From the NCBI GenBank assembly GCA_008369845.1, contig MRSU01007380.1:56280-76279 (forward strand): 20,000 nt of DNA. Reading direction: 5' to 3'. The stretch is from Trichomonas gallinae. Its lineage: Eukaryota. The notes below the pieces were generated by a model, which saw only the letters and a list, made by a program, of their open reading frames with translations, was not told the DNA's origin and did not search any database. Positions 1 through 9,617 of the stretch are shown here, one piece after another (within the stretch, counting starts at the first letter, position 1; every line of letters starts with the position of its first letter). Position numbers and translations under genes: made by a program.

Positions 1-5
1 TTAAT

Positions 6-3000
6 ATGAGAACGCAGCCTCCTCCATCTGTTGCTCGCGCATTATTGAATCTCGCACAAGAGCCAACATCACTCCACGACATCCTCAAGAAGCACTACAA
101 GCTTCACGACTGGATCGCTTTGTCTGTCGTCGACACAATACAAGACAAGCCAGCTCTTTTGCCTGCTTTCGAGCCTTACTTCAAGGAGAACTCTGATTTT
201 ACGTCAATTGTCTTCCAGGCGGCTTCTGCAAGGTCTCTTCAGCATATTCTCGCACCAGAATTCGGAAAATACGAAGGCTGCTTGAGAAGGAGGAGGTTAT
301 ATGTCCTCGGCAACTTAATCGGCAGAATTACTTTGAAAGAATGCAGACCAATTTTATCGAGATTCTTGGATTTGAAGAAACTCCTTCTTTACGGTGTCTC
401 TCAGGGCAAACTTTACGGCATTGTTCCATTCGTTGTCGCAATTTTGTCTAATGCTGACGATTTCTTCTTGCCGCCGAATCCATACAAATCTGGCCTTTTG
501 TATATATTGGCTGGCATCTATGCTATGGACTCAATCAAAGTCTACATCAAGCAGCAGATTTTAGGCTTGTTCACGAAGAACAGAATCACATTAGGACTCT
601 TTGACAAAGTTCCCAAGTACTTCCCGTTGACAACAGACGGAAACTACGACTACTTGATTGTCCCTTATTCTCTGATCCACTTCTTGTCTGCTCCTGATAT
701 CGAAAGAATCACGACATTCGACACAAACATATTAAATCAGTTTGTTCAGCAGAATATTATAATACCAGACAACGCTGGCGTCTTAATTGACCTGAAAGAG
801 AGAATCAAAGAAGCGTTAGTTAATTATTTCGTAAACTTCTTGCACTCTGAAGGTCCATCGTTAGCTGAGAAGGCCTCCAACACTACACTTGAGCTCGTCA
901 AGAAAGATTTCAAGAACGCACAAGCTCCGGAAATTTCCCTAGAACCAGCTCATCAAATGGTGCACCAACTCGCTGCTTCTCTGACATTATTCAACGCATT
1001 GATAAAGATCCCACGCATCAAGAAGGAGCTCGAGAACGTTGTCGGTGACTTGGACTCAGACTGGATCGACGAAATCGCCGCAAAGAACTACGAATGGATC
1101 TCCCAAGTCTTAAGAGATGCAGTAGCCATCAGGTCGTGGAACTTAGTCAAGAATTCATTAATGGCTGGAATTGATGACGAGAGACAGCATAAGGGAAGAA
1201 ACTTCTCTACTGTCCAGCCTGGAATTTCAGCAAACGGCTGTATTCAAGCACAGCGCGTCTACTCTGAATATCTTGATATTTCCTTCTCCCAGCAGTCATA
1301 TCCTATCTCCAAGGACTTCAAAGTCGACTTGGACAAGGAAATCGATGCTTATTTGGAGAAGTTCAAGAAGATTGTCCCATTCGACTCCAACTACACAGAG
1401 AGCCAGACAGATGAGAGCGCCATAGAAGAGTTCTTAGAGCACTGCCCCAATTTCGTTGTACAGCCAATCACTTTCGAGCAGTTCAAAGCAATCCTCAAGG
1501 CAATCTTCAAGCAGGTCGGATTCCCCAAGTCTCCAAGCAGGCCGTTCGAAATGGTCGTCTGCCAAGTCATTGAGAGATTGGTTACATCAGTTCCTCCATC
1601 GATATTGGAGCAGGCGAGACCATATATAATGTCGTGGGTCCACAATCTTTTACCACCTTATATAGTTTGCGACTTAGTCCGCCTCAAGTTGATCAATGAG
1701 AGAGATTTGGATATTGAGTTTACATCACTTATGAACTCTGAGCCATTCAACACACGTATAATGCTTCACGTGCAGCAGGCCCTCTTCTACGGCATGGTCG
1801 AGACATCTAAACTCAGCGCAAGAGAGATGATTTCTTCGCTGACATTCGTCTGCACGATTCCGCAGTCAGAGCTCGACATTTCTAAAGACCCAATCAACTC
1901 CAAGGACACCATCTACACCAAATACTCACAATATGCTAAGTCTCTCACCAAAGTCTTTGAGACAGTCTTCGCGCCAGAGACAAGAATCCCGTCAGACACG
2001 AAACTCTCCAAGCTCATTACTTACGATAATTTGGAGAAGAAGCATCCATCTGCCGAAAAGTGGCGTGCGGCCTTCTTAGACAGAGACATAATGGACTACA
2101 CAGACGAAACAAAGGAAGTATTGTCTAACGGTGTCAGCGCAATTGCCTCTGTTCTCTTCTCTGAGAGCACGAAAGCCGTACAGGCTTTCATGGATTGCAC
2201 ATCCAAACAACCGGGAGCCTCTCAATACGCTGTCGACATAATTGAAGCCGCTGTAGCGAATGTCAAAGGTGTTGGAAATGTGATGGGCTTGGATACAACT
2301 AAGTACTACAATGCTATCAGAGGAGCTCTAGTACTACTCTCTGGCAGTGACAAATTCGAAAATGTTGCATCGCTTTTGCACACAATCAGGCCAACAATTT
2401 CCCCATCTTTCGGATTCGGCTGGGTTCAGTTGGTCTCAGACAAGACGCTTATTGCACCACTGCTCAACAGCCAGTCTTCTTGGACCTCATTCTTCGTCCT
2501 TTTGGCTGATTTCATCGGCGCAGTCGGAAATCTCAGCAAGAGGAATGTCAAGAACGACAACGAGGCCTTCGACATAATGTACAGGGCTTTGCTGAGACTT
2601 ATTCTCATTTTATCACACGACTACAACGAGTTCATGGCCAGCGCAGCTCCGCTTTTAGTTCAGTGCGTGCCACTTAACTTCACGCAGCTCCGCAACATAC
2701 TTTTGAGCCTCGACTCTCGCCCGAACTCGAATTTCACACGCGCAGCACAGCAATTCACTTCTATTCCAGACAAATTCAAGAACGCTTTGACTACAGCCTT
2801 CCCGCAGCGCTCATTCGACAGGCCGTCTGCTGTCACACTCGTCCAGATGATCATTGAGAAAGATGCTCCAATATCATTGACCTACGCATTCGTTTACTCG
2901 CTTTTGCAGTCCATGTCGACGCTTAAACAGAGCGACAACACTGAAGAAAGCCCAGCGTATCTCGCACTTTCCGTCTTGTTCGAGATGGCAGACGCAAAGC

Positions 3001-3326
3001 ACACATACGAAGTTATCTGTGCGATACTTGATAACGTCAGAGGCGATGACAGGGAGTCTCAGAATCCGAAGAGATTGTTGGAGGCTTTACTCAGATCAAC
3101 GAAGATGACCATCAAACAAGGACTCACAGCATCAGAGCTCACTTTGAGAGCGATAATCGAGCGTGTTTCTGCTGCATCAAAGCCTCCTCTCGCTCTACAG
3201 CAGTTCTACAAGGAGGTTATCACGAAGGATCAGAGGACGCACTTCCTCAGCGAGATGAGCTACATGCAGAACAACCCAGAGATCTCAACATTCATCCAAA
3301 AGAACTTGGCAAACATCAAGAAATGA
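6..3326 (+). CDS. NOT1: CCR4-NOT scaffold subunit Not1 (CNOT1-like), probably 5'-truncated by the window edge
   Basis: The Caf1-binding MIF4G region is recognisable (LGNLIGRITLKECRPI..LDLKKLL..IVPFVVAIL..FLPPNPY), as are a DUF3819-like segment (TTLELVKKDF..AHQMVHQLAASL) and the Not1 C-terminal domain (IRPTISPSFGFGWVQLVS, YRALLRLILILSHDYNEF, QLRNILLS). The frame is open upstream of the ATG at 6 (AAT at 3-5). Full-length Not1 proteins are about twice this size. Confidence 0.92.
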   Translation: MRTQPPPSVARALLNLAQEPTSLHDILKKHYKLHDWIALSVVDTIQDKPALLPAFEPYFKENSDFTSIVFQAASARSLQHILAPEFGKYEGCLRRRRLYVLGNLIGRITLKECRPILSRFLDLKKLLLYGVSQGKLYGIVPFVVAILSNADDFFLPPNPYKSGLLYILAGIYAMDSIKVYIKQQILGLFTKNRITLGLFDKVPKYFPLTTDGNYDYLIVPYSLIHFLSAPDIERITTFDTNILNQFVQQNIIIPDNAGVLIDLKERIKEALVNYFVNFLHSEGPSLAEKASNTTLELVKKDFKNAQAPEISLEPAHQMVHQLAASLTLFNALIKIPRIKKELENVVGDLDSDWIDEIAAKNYEWISQVLRDAVAIRSWNLVKNSLMAGIDDERQHKGRNFSTVQPGISANGCIQAQRVYSEYLDISFSQQSYPISKDFKVDLDKEIDAYLEKFKKIVPFDSNYTESQTDESAIEEFLEHCPNFVVQPITFEQFKAILKAIFKQVGFPKSPSRPFEMVVCQVIERLVTSVPPSILEQARPYIMSWVHNLLPPYIVCDLVRLKLINERDLDIEFTSLMNSEPFNTRIMLHVQQALFYGMVETSKLSAREMISSLTFVCTIPQSELDISKDPINSKDTIYTKYSQYAKSLTKVFETVFAPETRIPSDTKLSKLITYDNLEKKHPSAEKWRAAFLDRDIMDYTDETKEVLSNGVSAIASVLFSESTKAVQAFMDCTSKQPGASQYAVDIIEAAVANVKGVGNVMGLDTTKYYNAIRGALVLLSGSDKFENVASLLHTIRPTISPSFGFGWVQLVSDKTLIAPLLNSQSSWTSFFVLLADFIGAVGNLSKRNVKNDNEAFDIMYRALLRLILILSHDYNEFMASAAPLLVQCVPLNFTQLRNILLSLDSRPNSNFTRAAQQFTSIPDKFKNALTTAFPQRSFDRPSAVTLVQMIIEKDAPISLTYAFVYSLLQSMSTLKQSDNTEESPAYLALSVLFEMADAKHTYEVICAILDNVRGDDRESQNPKRLLEALLRSTKMTIKQGLTASELTLRAIIERVSAASKPPLALQQFYKEVITKDQRTHFLSEMSYMQNNPEISTFIQKNLANIKK

Positions 3327-3509
3327 ATCATTTAATTATTATTTTTTTTTTGTTATTCCTTTATTAAATTATAAATCATATAATTTGTTATAAAAAACAA
3401 TTTATTAATTTGATTTTTTTTTTTAATTTTTATTCTGAACATTGAGATCTATATGATTAATAATCTTAAAGTAATTTATAACAGAATTGATTTATAAAAC
3501 AAACAAAAC

Positions 3510-4691
3510 TTATATGATAGGATTAGATATAATTGACCTTAAAGCTAATATACTTCTTTGTGTGATTTTTTCATTTGTAGTGATTATTGAGTCTATTGGA
3601 ATCTCTCTTGGTTTAGTTTCAAGATGATTCTCAATAGGACTTTTCAGAACCCTTAAAGCTTCTTCTCTCGTTTCATATGGTATGTCTTTACCATCTTTCC
3701 ATTTCGACCATCTAGCAAACATTATAGTAGCAGCTTTCAAATCTTGATTGAGTTCAGATGCAAAATATTTTGTGATATTTTTTGCATATCCTGTTTCGGC
3801 AGCATCTAATATTGCTAATGGAGCATATATTTCATCAGAATCGTACATCTTCCTGACAGATCTATCGCACATTTCAAGGAAAACCTGCAAATTGTCTTTG
3901 TAAAGAACTTCAACTCTATGTAGTGTTATCTTTGCTAGCATTTGATATCCTTGAACTGTTGGAGGGAGGATGCAAAATAAAACTGGAAATTCTAAACATA
4001 AAGTTGCTGCATAGTTTAGAGATGATTTTGGAGCTTTCATTAATATTGTTCTGCAATTCATAGCGGTATGCATTGATCTTTTTTCTGCTTGAAGCCAACT
4101 CGAAAATATCAAATCTGCAATTTCAGAATTAATTTCTGAAAATGAGTTAATTGTAATTGTAGTCAGAGCTGATCTTATAGGAGTAGGATCTATTAAAAAT
4201 GGAACAATTTGGATTATTGCAGAATTCGGTACTTCTGAGCCTGTAGGCGTTCGTATTATATTGATGAAATGTGCATAAAACGTTGTATCGTTAGAAGGTT
4301 CATCAATCCATTGAATTATTTTTCCGAAAAACAAATCAGGCGGAATCTCTGTGCATTTCACGATAAATGAGCACAATCCAATGTCATCAGTAGCATTCCA
4401 CATATCGCAGAGGAAATTAGATGGTAAATTTTTCAAACACAATTCGATAATTTTAGATGTTGTAGGATATATTAATGGATGTTCTCCAATGGATGGAGCA
4501 GCATATAAACCAAGTATTTCCAAGACTTGCTCGTTCGTAGACAGCTCGGGTGCATATTTAAATGAAGCAGCTAAGTATTGGCCCTTTGTTTTCGTGTTAA
4601 GCAGTAAATCTTCGGATGGATTCTTTCTTTGCAATATCAGTTGTTGGAATAATTCGCTTAATGATGAAACATATCCACGAATTTTATCCAT
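3510..4691 (-). CDS. Hypothetical alpha-helical protein, 393 aa (possibly HEAT-like)
   Basis: Long ATG-initiated ORF with Leu/Ile-rich helical character and AT-rich flanks. No confident family. Confidence 0.75.
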   Translation of the reverse strand: MDKIRGYVSSLSELFQQLILQRKNPSEDLLLNTKTKGQYLAASFKYAPELSTNEQVLEILGLYAAPSIGEHPLIYPTTSKIIELCLKNLPSNFLCDMWNATDDIGLCSFIVKCTEIPPDLFFGKIIQWIDEPSNDTTFYAHFINIIRTPTGSEVPNSAIIQIVPFLIDPTPIRSALTTITINSFSEINSEIADLIFSSWLQAEKRSMHTAMNCRTILMKAPKSSLNYAATLCLEFPVLFCILPPTVQGYQMLAKITLHRVEVLYKDNLQVFLEMCDRSVRKMYDSDEIYAPLAILDAAETGYAKNITKYFASELNQDLKAATIMFARWSKWKDGKDIPYETREEALRVLKSPIENHLETKPREIPIDSIITTNEKITQRSILALRSIISNPII

Positions 4692-4709
4692 TCTGATTTT
4701 TACTTCCTC

Positions 4710-4771
4710 GTGTCACTTTTCATTTCCTCTTTCGTTAAATTTGCCTTGTAAAAATATTTTTGACACGTAAA
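4710..4771 (-). promoter_or_regulatory. Upstream elements of the 393-aa gene
   Basis: On the minus strand, TTTACGTGTCAAA (4759-4771) and AAAGTGAC (about 4712-4719). From memory, the latter resembles a described trichomonad promoter motif (Motif 2). Confidence 0.5.
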
Positions 4772-4892
4772 TTTTTTAATATATCATCAATCTATTATCT
4801 GAGATTTTAGAAAAACGTAAAACAAGCTTTTAATGAATAAACGATCTAAACAAGACAACATGGATAGAAGCGAAATGAAATTTGCAAATAAA

Positions 4893-5474
4893 TTATTTGC
4901 AACACTCAGTATTATGATCTTTCTTTATTAACTTTTTATCATTATTCGAAGAATTATTAATGAGGATGTTGTAACCAATTTCTGTAATGGTATCTTTAAG
5001 TATATCGATATTGTGTCCATTGCATGCGCTGCTTTCAATGAATTCCGCACGTATCGTTTCAGCAAAGTCTTTACCTTCATCAAATTCAATTTTACGGTGA
5101 TTTTGCAAATCAACTTTATTTCCTATCAAGATAAGCTTTGCTGTTGTATTATTATCTCTAATATTCTTAATAAATCTGTTCCTTGCTGATTCAATTGATT
5201 CATAATCAACAATTGAGTAAACTAATAAAATAATATCAGCTTTTTGATAATAAATAGGTACAATTGCATTATATTTTTCTTGACCAGCAGTATCAGAAAA
5301 CTCTAAATGAAATGAACTTCCTTCCCATTCAACTTCAAGGGAATTTCCTTCTGCTCTAACAGTCGACCTTTCTTCTGGATCGAAATCCATTCCTAATAAC
5401 CTTTTCATTATGCTAGTCTTACCACAGCGGCCTTCACCAGTGAAAACTACGTGGATTGTGTCATTTGCTGACAT
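4893..5474 (-). CDS. Rab-family small GTPase (divergent)
   Basis: G1 GEGRCGKTS, G2 T, G3 DTAGQE, G4 NKVD, G5 SA, and a C-terminal double-cysteine prenylation motif (ECCK). Confidence 0.93.
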   Translation of the reverse strand: MSANDTIHVVFTGEGRCGKTSIMKRLLGMDFDPEERSTVRAEGNSLEVEWEGSSFHLEFSDTAGQEKYNAIVPIYYQKADIILLVYSIVDYESIESARNRFIKNIRDNNTTAKLILIGNKVDLQNHRKIEFDEGKDFAETIRAEFIESSACNGHNIDILKDTITEIGYNILINNSSNNDKKLIKKDHNTECCK

Positions 5475-5921
5475 TAGAAATTTAGATGGATATTTTTAAA
5501 TTTGCCGTTTTTGTGCAAAGTGCCAAATCTTTTTGTAAATCTATCAATTTTAAAATTTTGCCATTTTTTGTAATTGTCAAATCTTTTGTAAAAATGTCAT
5601 TTTTTTAATCAAAAATTGAGATAATTTGAAAAACGTGTCAAATATTTATCAAATTGTCAATTTTTATTATTTCCTGTAAAAGAGTCGCCATTTCTTTTGT
5701 TAACAAATCACATTTCCAACAAAATCGAAGCATATTTGAGTTTACAGCGAATCGCAAGACAATGATTTTCTTATTATTTGTTATATAGTTCAATATTCAA
5801 AACGAATATATACAAAACAAAGAAATTCCAATTGAAGTTTCAATTATCCTTTTGATAAGATAACATTATGAGAGAAATATATGAATGAAAACAAACAAAC
5901 AAAAAATTTAATAATAAAATC

Positions 5922-7004
5922 TTAGCGCTTTCCTGCTTTCCAAAATTCTTTGACTTCACGAGGAGAGTTTGGAATTTTGATTGCTGGCGTTTTAGGCCAA
6001 ATAAATTTGAGGCTCTTCAGAGGATCGAGTGGGAATTTAGATTCCGAGTAAGGGCGTGGAGGAATGACTTCTGGCCTTGATGCTTGAAGTGTGAATGTTT
6101 CTTTCTTTGGTGGCAAAAGTCTTTGAACAGATCTTTGAGGACGAATCCTATCAAGCATTTTCTTCTGCTCTGCTGACAACGAATCCAAGAATGCCACCCT
6201 TTCGTTTTTAGGAGGAACGTAATCGCGAGGAAGTTGACGTTTCATATTCAAATTTACAGAGGCGCGTGCCTTCAGCTTATCAAGCTGGGGGATAGCATTA
6301 TCAGAGTAGTCTCTTCCTTCGTCAGCTTTGACAAAATGCTTTCGTCCAACTTGTTTTCCGAATGCAATTCCTTTTGGCTCTTTTTCTGGCTCAGTGTAGA
6401 AATCAGCCGTAGTGACTAAACTCGTCTTAAGCATGTCATCATTTCTTGCAGGCTGCTGATCGAATGTATACGCGTATTTTGGTGGAAAAATTTTATCCTT
6501 GTCAATATTTGTTATTTCTTCTCTGAGTGGATGCGGGAATTGATTTGTATCAAATGTTCTAAGACCAAGTGCAAAAGAATCAAGGATATTGACTGTTGTT
6601 TCTCCCTCTTTTTGCTTTATTTGTGGAATTTCGCCAATTTTTGCGTGTAAAATAGTCTTTTTCGTGGCATCAAATTTCGGATTATAAGTTGCTGGTTCTG
6701 GCTCTGCACTTTCTGGTACTTGAAAAGCAGGCGTGTAGGGGGTAATTTTATGATCAGTCTGAGGAACTTCGATTTTTGAGTCTATTGTATTGTTTTTCAA
6801 GTTATAATCGAGCATTTTCGCGAATTTAGATAATGGCTTGATTTTTACATTGTAATTTTGTTCGAGAGCAGATTTTGGCGGCGCAGAAGAGTTTTTCGGG
6901 TCGATGTCAAGTGGAACCATGGAAATAAGCTCCATCCTTTCCCATGTTTTCTGCATTGTTTGGGTCTGGTATTGATCAGGACGTGCTTTTTTCATTTTCT
7001 CCAT
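5922..7004 (-). CDS. Hypothetical basic, Pro/Lys-rich protein, 360 aa, with repeated [FM]xxQxxR motifs
   Basis: Long ATG ORF that looks largely disordered, with four [FM]xxQxxR motifs and one PEPATYNP motif. Confidence 0.8.
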   Translation of the reverse strand: MEKMKKARPDQYQTQTMQKTWERMELISMVPLDIDPKNSSAPPKSALEQNYNVKIKPLSKFAKMLDYNLKNNTIDSKIEVPQTDHKITPYTPAFQVPESAEPEPATYNPKFDATKKTILHAKIGEIPQIKQKEGETTVNILDSFALGLRTFDTNQFPHPLREEITNIDKDKIFPPKYAYTFDQQPARNDDMLKTSLVTTADFYTEPEKEPKGIAFGKQVGRKHFVKADEGRDYSDNAIPQLDKLKARASVNLNMKRQLPRDYVPPKNERVAFLDSLSAEQKKMLDRIRPQRSVQRLLPPKKETFTLQASRPEVIPPRPYSESKFPLDPLKSLKFIWPKTPAIKIPNSPREVKEFWKAGKR

Positions 7005-7166
7005 TTTTGTTCGTTATTTTGCACTTTGACACATAAACTTATATTTTTGCCATGTAATCTTTTAATATCATTTTGACACGTAAATATTTCAATAATTGTA
7101 TTATGCCATGTAAATTTTTTTTCTTGAGTTTTGCATTCTATTGAGAATCATCAGTTAAATAAAGGA
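7005..7166. promoter_or_regulatory. Bidirectional promoter with TTTGACACRTAAA elements and a candidate initiator
   Basis: TTTGACACATAAA at 7025-7037, TTTGACACGTAAA at 7072-7084, two TGCCATGTAA variants, and Inr-like TCATCAGTT at 7148-7156. Confidence 0.6.
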
Positions 7167-8402
7167 ATTGAATTCAATTTTGAAAGTCCAAAAGCACAAA
7201 CACAACCATCTCGAGTACATTTACTTATAGATACTGATGAAATAAATGAAAATATTTCGAAACTTCAAAATGTTGAAACGCTAGAAGAGGGATTAAACAT
7301 ATTAGTTGAAATAGCATCACATCAACAAATAGATATACCCAATGAAGTACTTCAGCATTTAATAAATGTACTTGACCATGATTTTCATTCACCGGAAAGT
7401 GTACTTATAGCCGACTTAAATTTGATATATGAACTAATTGCATCAGGTGTTGAAAGATATGCAGCATTTTTTGCAGGTCCTGATAAAATTGACATGATTT
7501 TTCTATTATTTCCACTACAAGCAGCTTCTAAATGCATTGGAATGCTTTTGCATAAAATGCCCAATACTATAAACAGATTATTGGAACTTGGGCTTTTAAA
7601 TAAAATTCAACAAGATTTAAATCTCCAAAATCCCCATTTTGAGTCATGCTGCTTGATTTTAACCAGAATACTAAGCTCAAATATTGATAACAGACTTCTT
7701 CAAAACGTGATGAATAAAATTATATCATTATTAAATAATGATAATGATAATATAGTCAGCGATGCGATAAACACACTTGCAGAATTCTGTTCTCAAAGCC
7801 AAGGAGCCACAGCCTTAATTTTAGAATCACAAGATTTTATTAAATTGTTAACTTCAGATGATTTAGACGATTTAATGATTTCTGATCTTATAGCACTGCT
7901 TTCAAAGATAGTTGAATCCACAGAATCTGCTGAAATCATGCAGCATGAATTAATTCAGAATTTTATTTTGCACGCAATTCATGAAACTAGCTGTATTGAA
8001 GAAGCAATGAATTTTATATCTGGTTGCATGAAATATGATAATTTTGGAGAGTCAGCTTGCTCAGATAATCTTTTTAACACTTTTCTCCAGATTGGAAATA
8101 GCGATTCAAGTTTTCATACGAAAACAATTGCAATTCAAGCATTATGCAATATATACTGCAGTGTGCAACCTAAATCTATTGACTTTGAAGCATTAATTTC
8201 TACAATTGAAAATAATTTAACAGATAAATTGGTTCCCAGCACTGTTTCTACTATAATTTTGCTTGCAGGATCCTCTGATCCTCAAATTTCCCAAAGAGTT
8301 ATTGAATCGACCCCAATTAGAGATGCTTTTGAATCCATTGATCCACAGTCAGTATCAGAAGAAGTCTATAATGTTATTCAAGAATTTTTGAATTATGAAT
8401 AA
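7167..8402 (+). CDS. ARM/HEAT-repeat-like acidic hypothetical protein; start codon uncertain
   Basis: Open frame from 7128 to 8402 with ARM-like helices (IISLLNNDNDNIVSDAINTLAEF; SSFHTKTIAIQALCNI). The track start at 7131 is TTG and the first in-frame ATG is about 120 codons in. The start given here (ATT at 7167) is an inference. Confidence 0.7.
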   Translation: MEFNFESPKAQTQPSRVHLLIDTDEINENISKLQNVETLEEGLNILVEIASHQQIDIPNEVLQHLINVLDHDFHSPESVLIADLNLIYELIASGVERYAAFFAGPDKIDMIFLLFPLQAASKCIGMLLHKMPNTINRLLELGLLNKIQQDLNLQNPHFESCCLILTRILSSNIDNRLLQNVMNKIISLLNNDNDNIVSDAINTLAEFCSQSQGATALILESQDFIKLLTSDDLDDLMISDLIALLSKIVESTESAEIMQHELIQNFILHAIHETSCIEEAMNFISGCMKYDNFGESACSDNLFNTFLQIGNSDSSFHTKTIAIQALCNIYCSVQPKSIDFEALISTIENNLTDKLVPSTVSTIILLAGSSDPQISQRVIESTPIRDAFESIDPQSVSEEVYNVIQEFLNYE

Positions 8403-8426
8403 AGATTTTAACATGAAAACAAACAA

Positions 8427-9617
8427 TTACAAATTTTTGAATTTCTCAATATATAATAAAAGTGTAGCTTCTAGTTGATCTAATAATACACGAATTTCGT
8501 TAACTTTTTCAGCAGATGGAATCAATTCATCAAAATTGTGTTCTATTTCTTTCATTTGGGCTTCCCATTCATTATATAGAATTTCAGCTGGACGTGTTAC
8601 ATGCGGAATTAATGCAGCTGTAAGCTGATTAGTTGAAGCCGCATAAATTTTATCTAAATTATCATGAATATGTTTGATTGGCTGCTCTAGTGAATTTCTA
8701 TTAGTGCTAAAATGCTGGTCAAGATTTGAAAATCTTCCACGAATCTCATGAACTTCATTACAAAGATTCGTTAAGTTTTCAACAAATATATTATTGAGTT
8801 GAATTAATTCAGCATTCTTGAGAACTTCGGAATATGCCTTATTTCTTTTCTGTTTTACATTTGAAAGCTCCTTATTCCTAAGATATTTAGTATTTTCGAG
8901 TTTCTGCAATTCGCTATTCAAAGAATCGAACATTTTCATTGATTCGGGTATATCTGATGATATTAGTCTAATATTTTTCATTATTGACTCGGACATAGGG
9001 TGCTCAATCAGTTCTTGAAGACATTCTGTTGAAAGTTTTTCAAATTTGAGGCATGAAAAGTGTTCAAAATTATGATCAACTGATAAATCAACTTTTCTCA
9101 ATATAAATCTTGCTTTTTGGTCCTCATTATCAAATAATTCATCAATTTTATATAAAATTTCAAGAGTTTTCGAAGGCACATCTCTGTAAAGAACGCAGTC
9201 AAGTACTTGAGATCTATTTTCAATCATAAAAGGCACTAATTCGTTAATATATTCTGGATAATCAAGCAATTTTAGGAAATCTCTTATATTGATTTGAGTT
9301 AGCAATGCAGGTGTTACTTTTTCAATGATTTTGTAGATTTTGAAATATGATGCGAAAATATACTGTTCCAATGGATTTGTAATTTCGATTTTGCAACTTG
9401 TGACATAATTAATGCATGATTTGATGCTTTCGTTTGATATTGGGATAGTTGTCGAAAATTCTAGTGATTTCGGTGATTGTTTAATATAATCTGCAAAAAA
9501 ATCCGAAATCGATTTAAGGATTTCTGAATTCAGCATATAATCCACATTATTTATCGTTAATTTAAACATTTTTGGAACATTGTGGAAATAAAAATCAACA
9601 TCATCAGCAGAAAGCAT
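8427..9617 (-). CDS. BTB/POZ-domain protein with C-terminal coiled coil
   Basis: N-terminal BTB-like pattern (FKLTINNVDYMLNSEILKSISDFF...SIKSCINYVTSCKIEIT...FASYFKIYKI), then a BACK-like helical region and a heptad-rich C-terminal half. Confidence 0.72.
   Translation of the reverse strand: MLSADDVDFYFHNVPKMFKLTINNVDYMLNSEILKSISDFFADYIKQSPKSLEFSTTIPISNESIKSCINYVTSCKIEITNPLEQYIFASYFKIYKIIEKVTPALLTQINIRDFLKLLDYPEYINELVPFMIENRSQVLDCVLYRDVPSKTLEILYKIDELFDNEDQKARFILRKVDLSVDHNFEHFSCLKFEKLSTECLQELIEHPMSESIMKNIRLISSDIPESMKMFDSLNSELQKLENTKYLRNKELSNVKQKRNKAYSEVLKNAELIQLNNIFVENLTNLCNEVHEIRGRFSNLDQHFSTNRNSLEQPIKHIHDNLDKIYAASTNQLTAALIPHVTRPAEILYNEWEAQMKEIEHNFDELIPSAEKVNEIRVLLDQLEATLLLYIEKFKNL

Noticed and set aside
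1171..2854. Short ORFs nested in or antisense to Not1
   Set aside because: They lie within a well-supported CDS and show no recognisable motifs.
4351..4770. 139-aa plus-strand ORF antisense to the 393-aa gene
   Set aside because: GTG start, overlaps a longer ATG ORF, and runs into promoter DNA.
7103..7154. Possible micro-intron joining ATG 7103 to the ARM-like ORF
   Set aside because: The only frame-restoring junction gives a 19-nt intron ending in GAG with no ACTAAC branch motif. The CAG at 7152-7154 gives the wrong phase.
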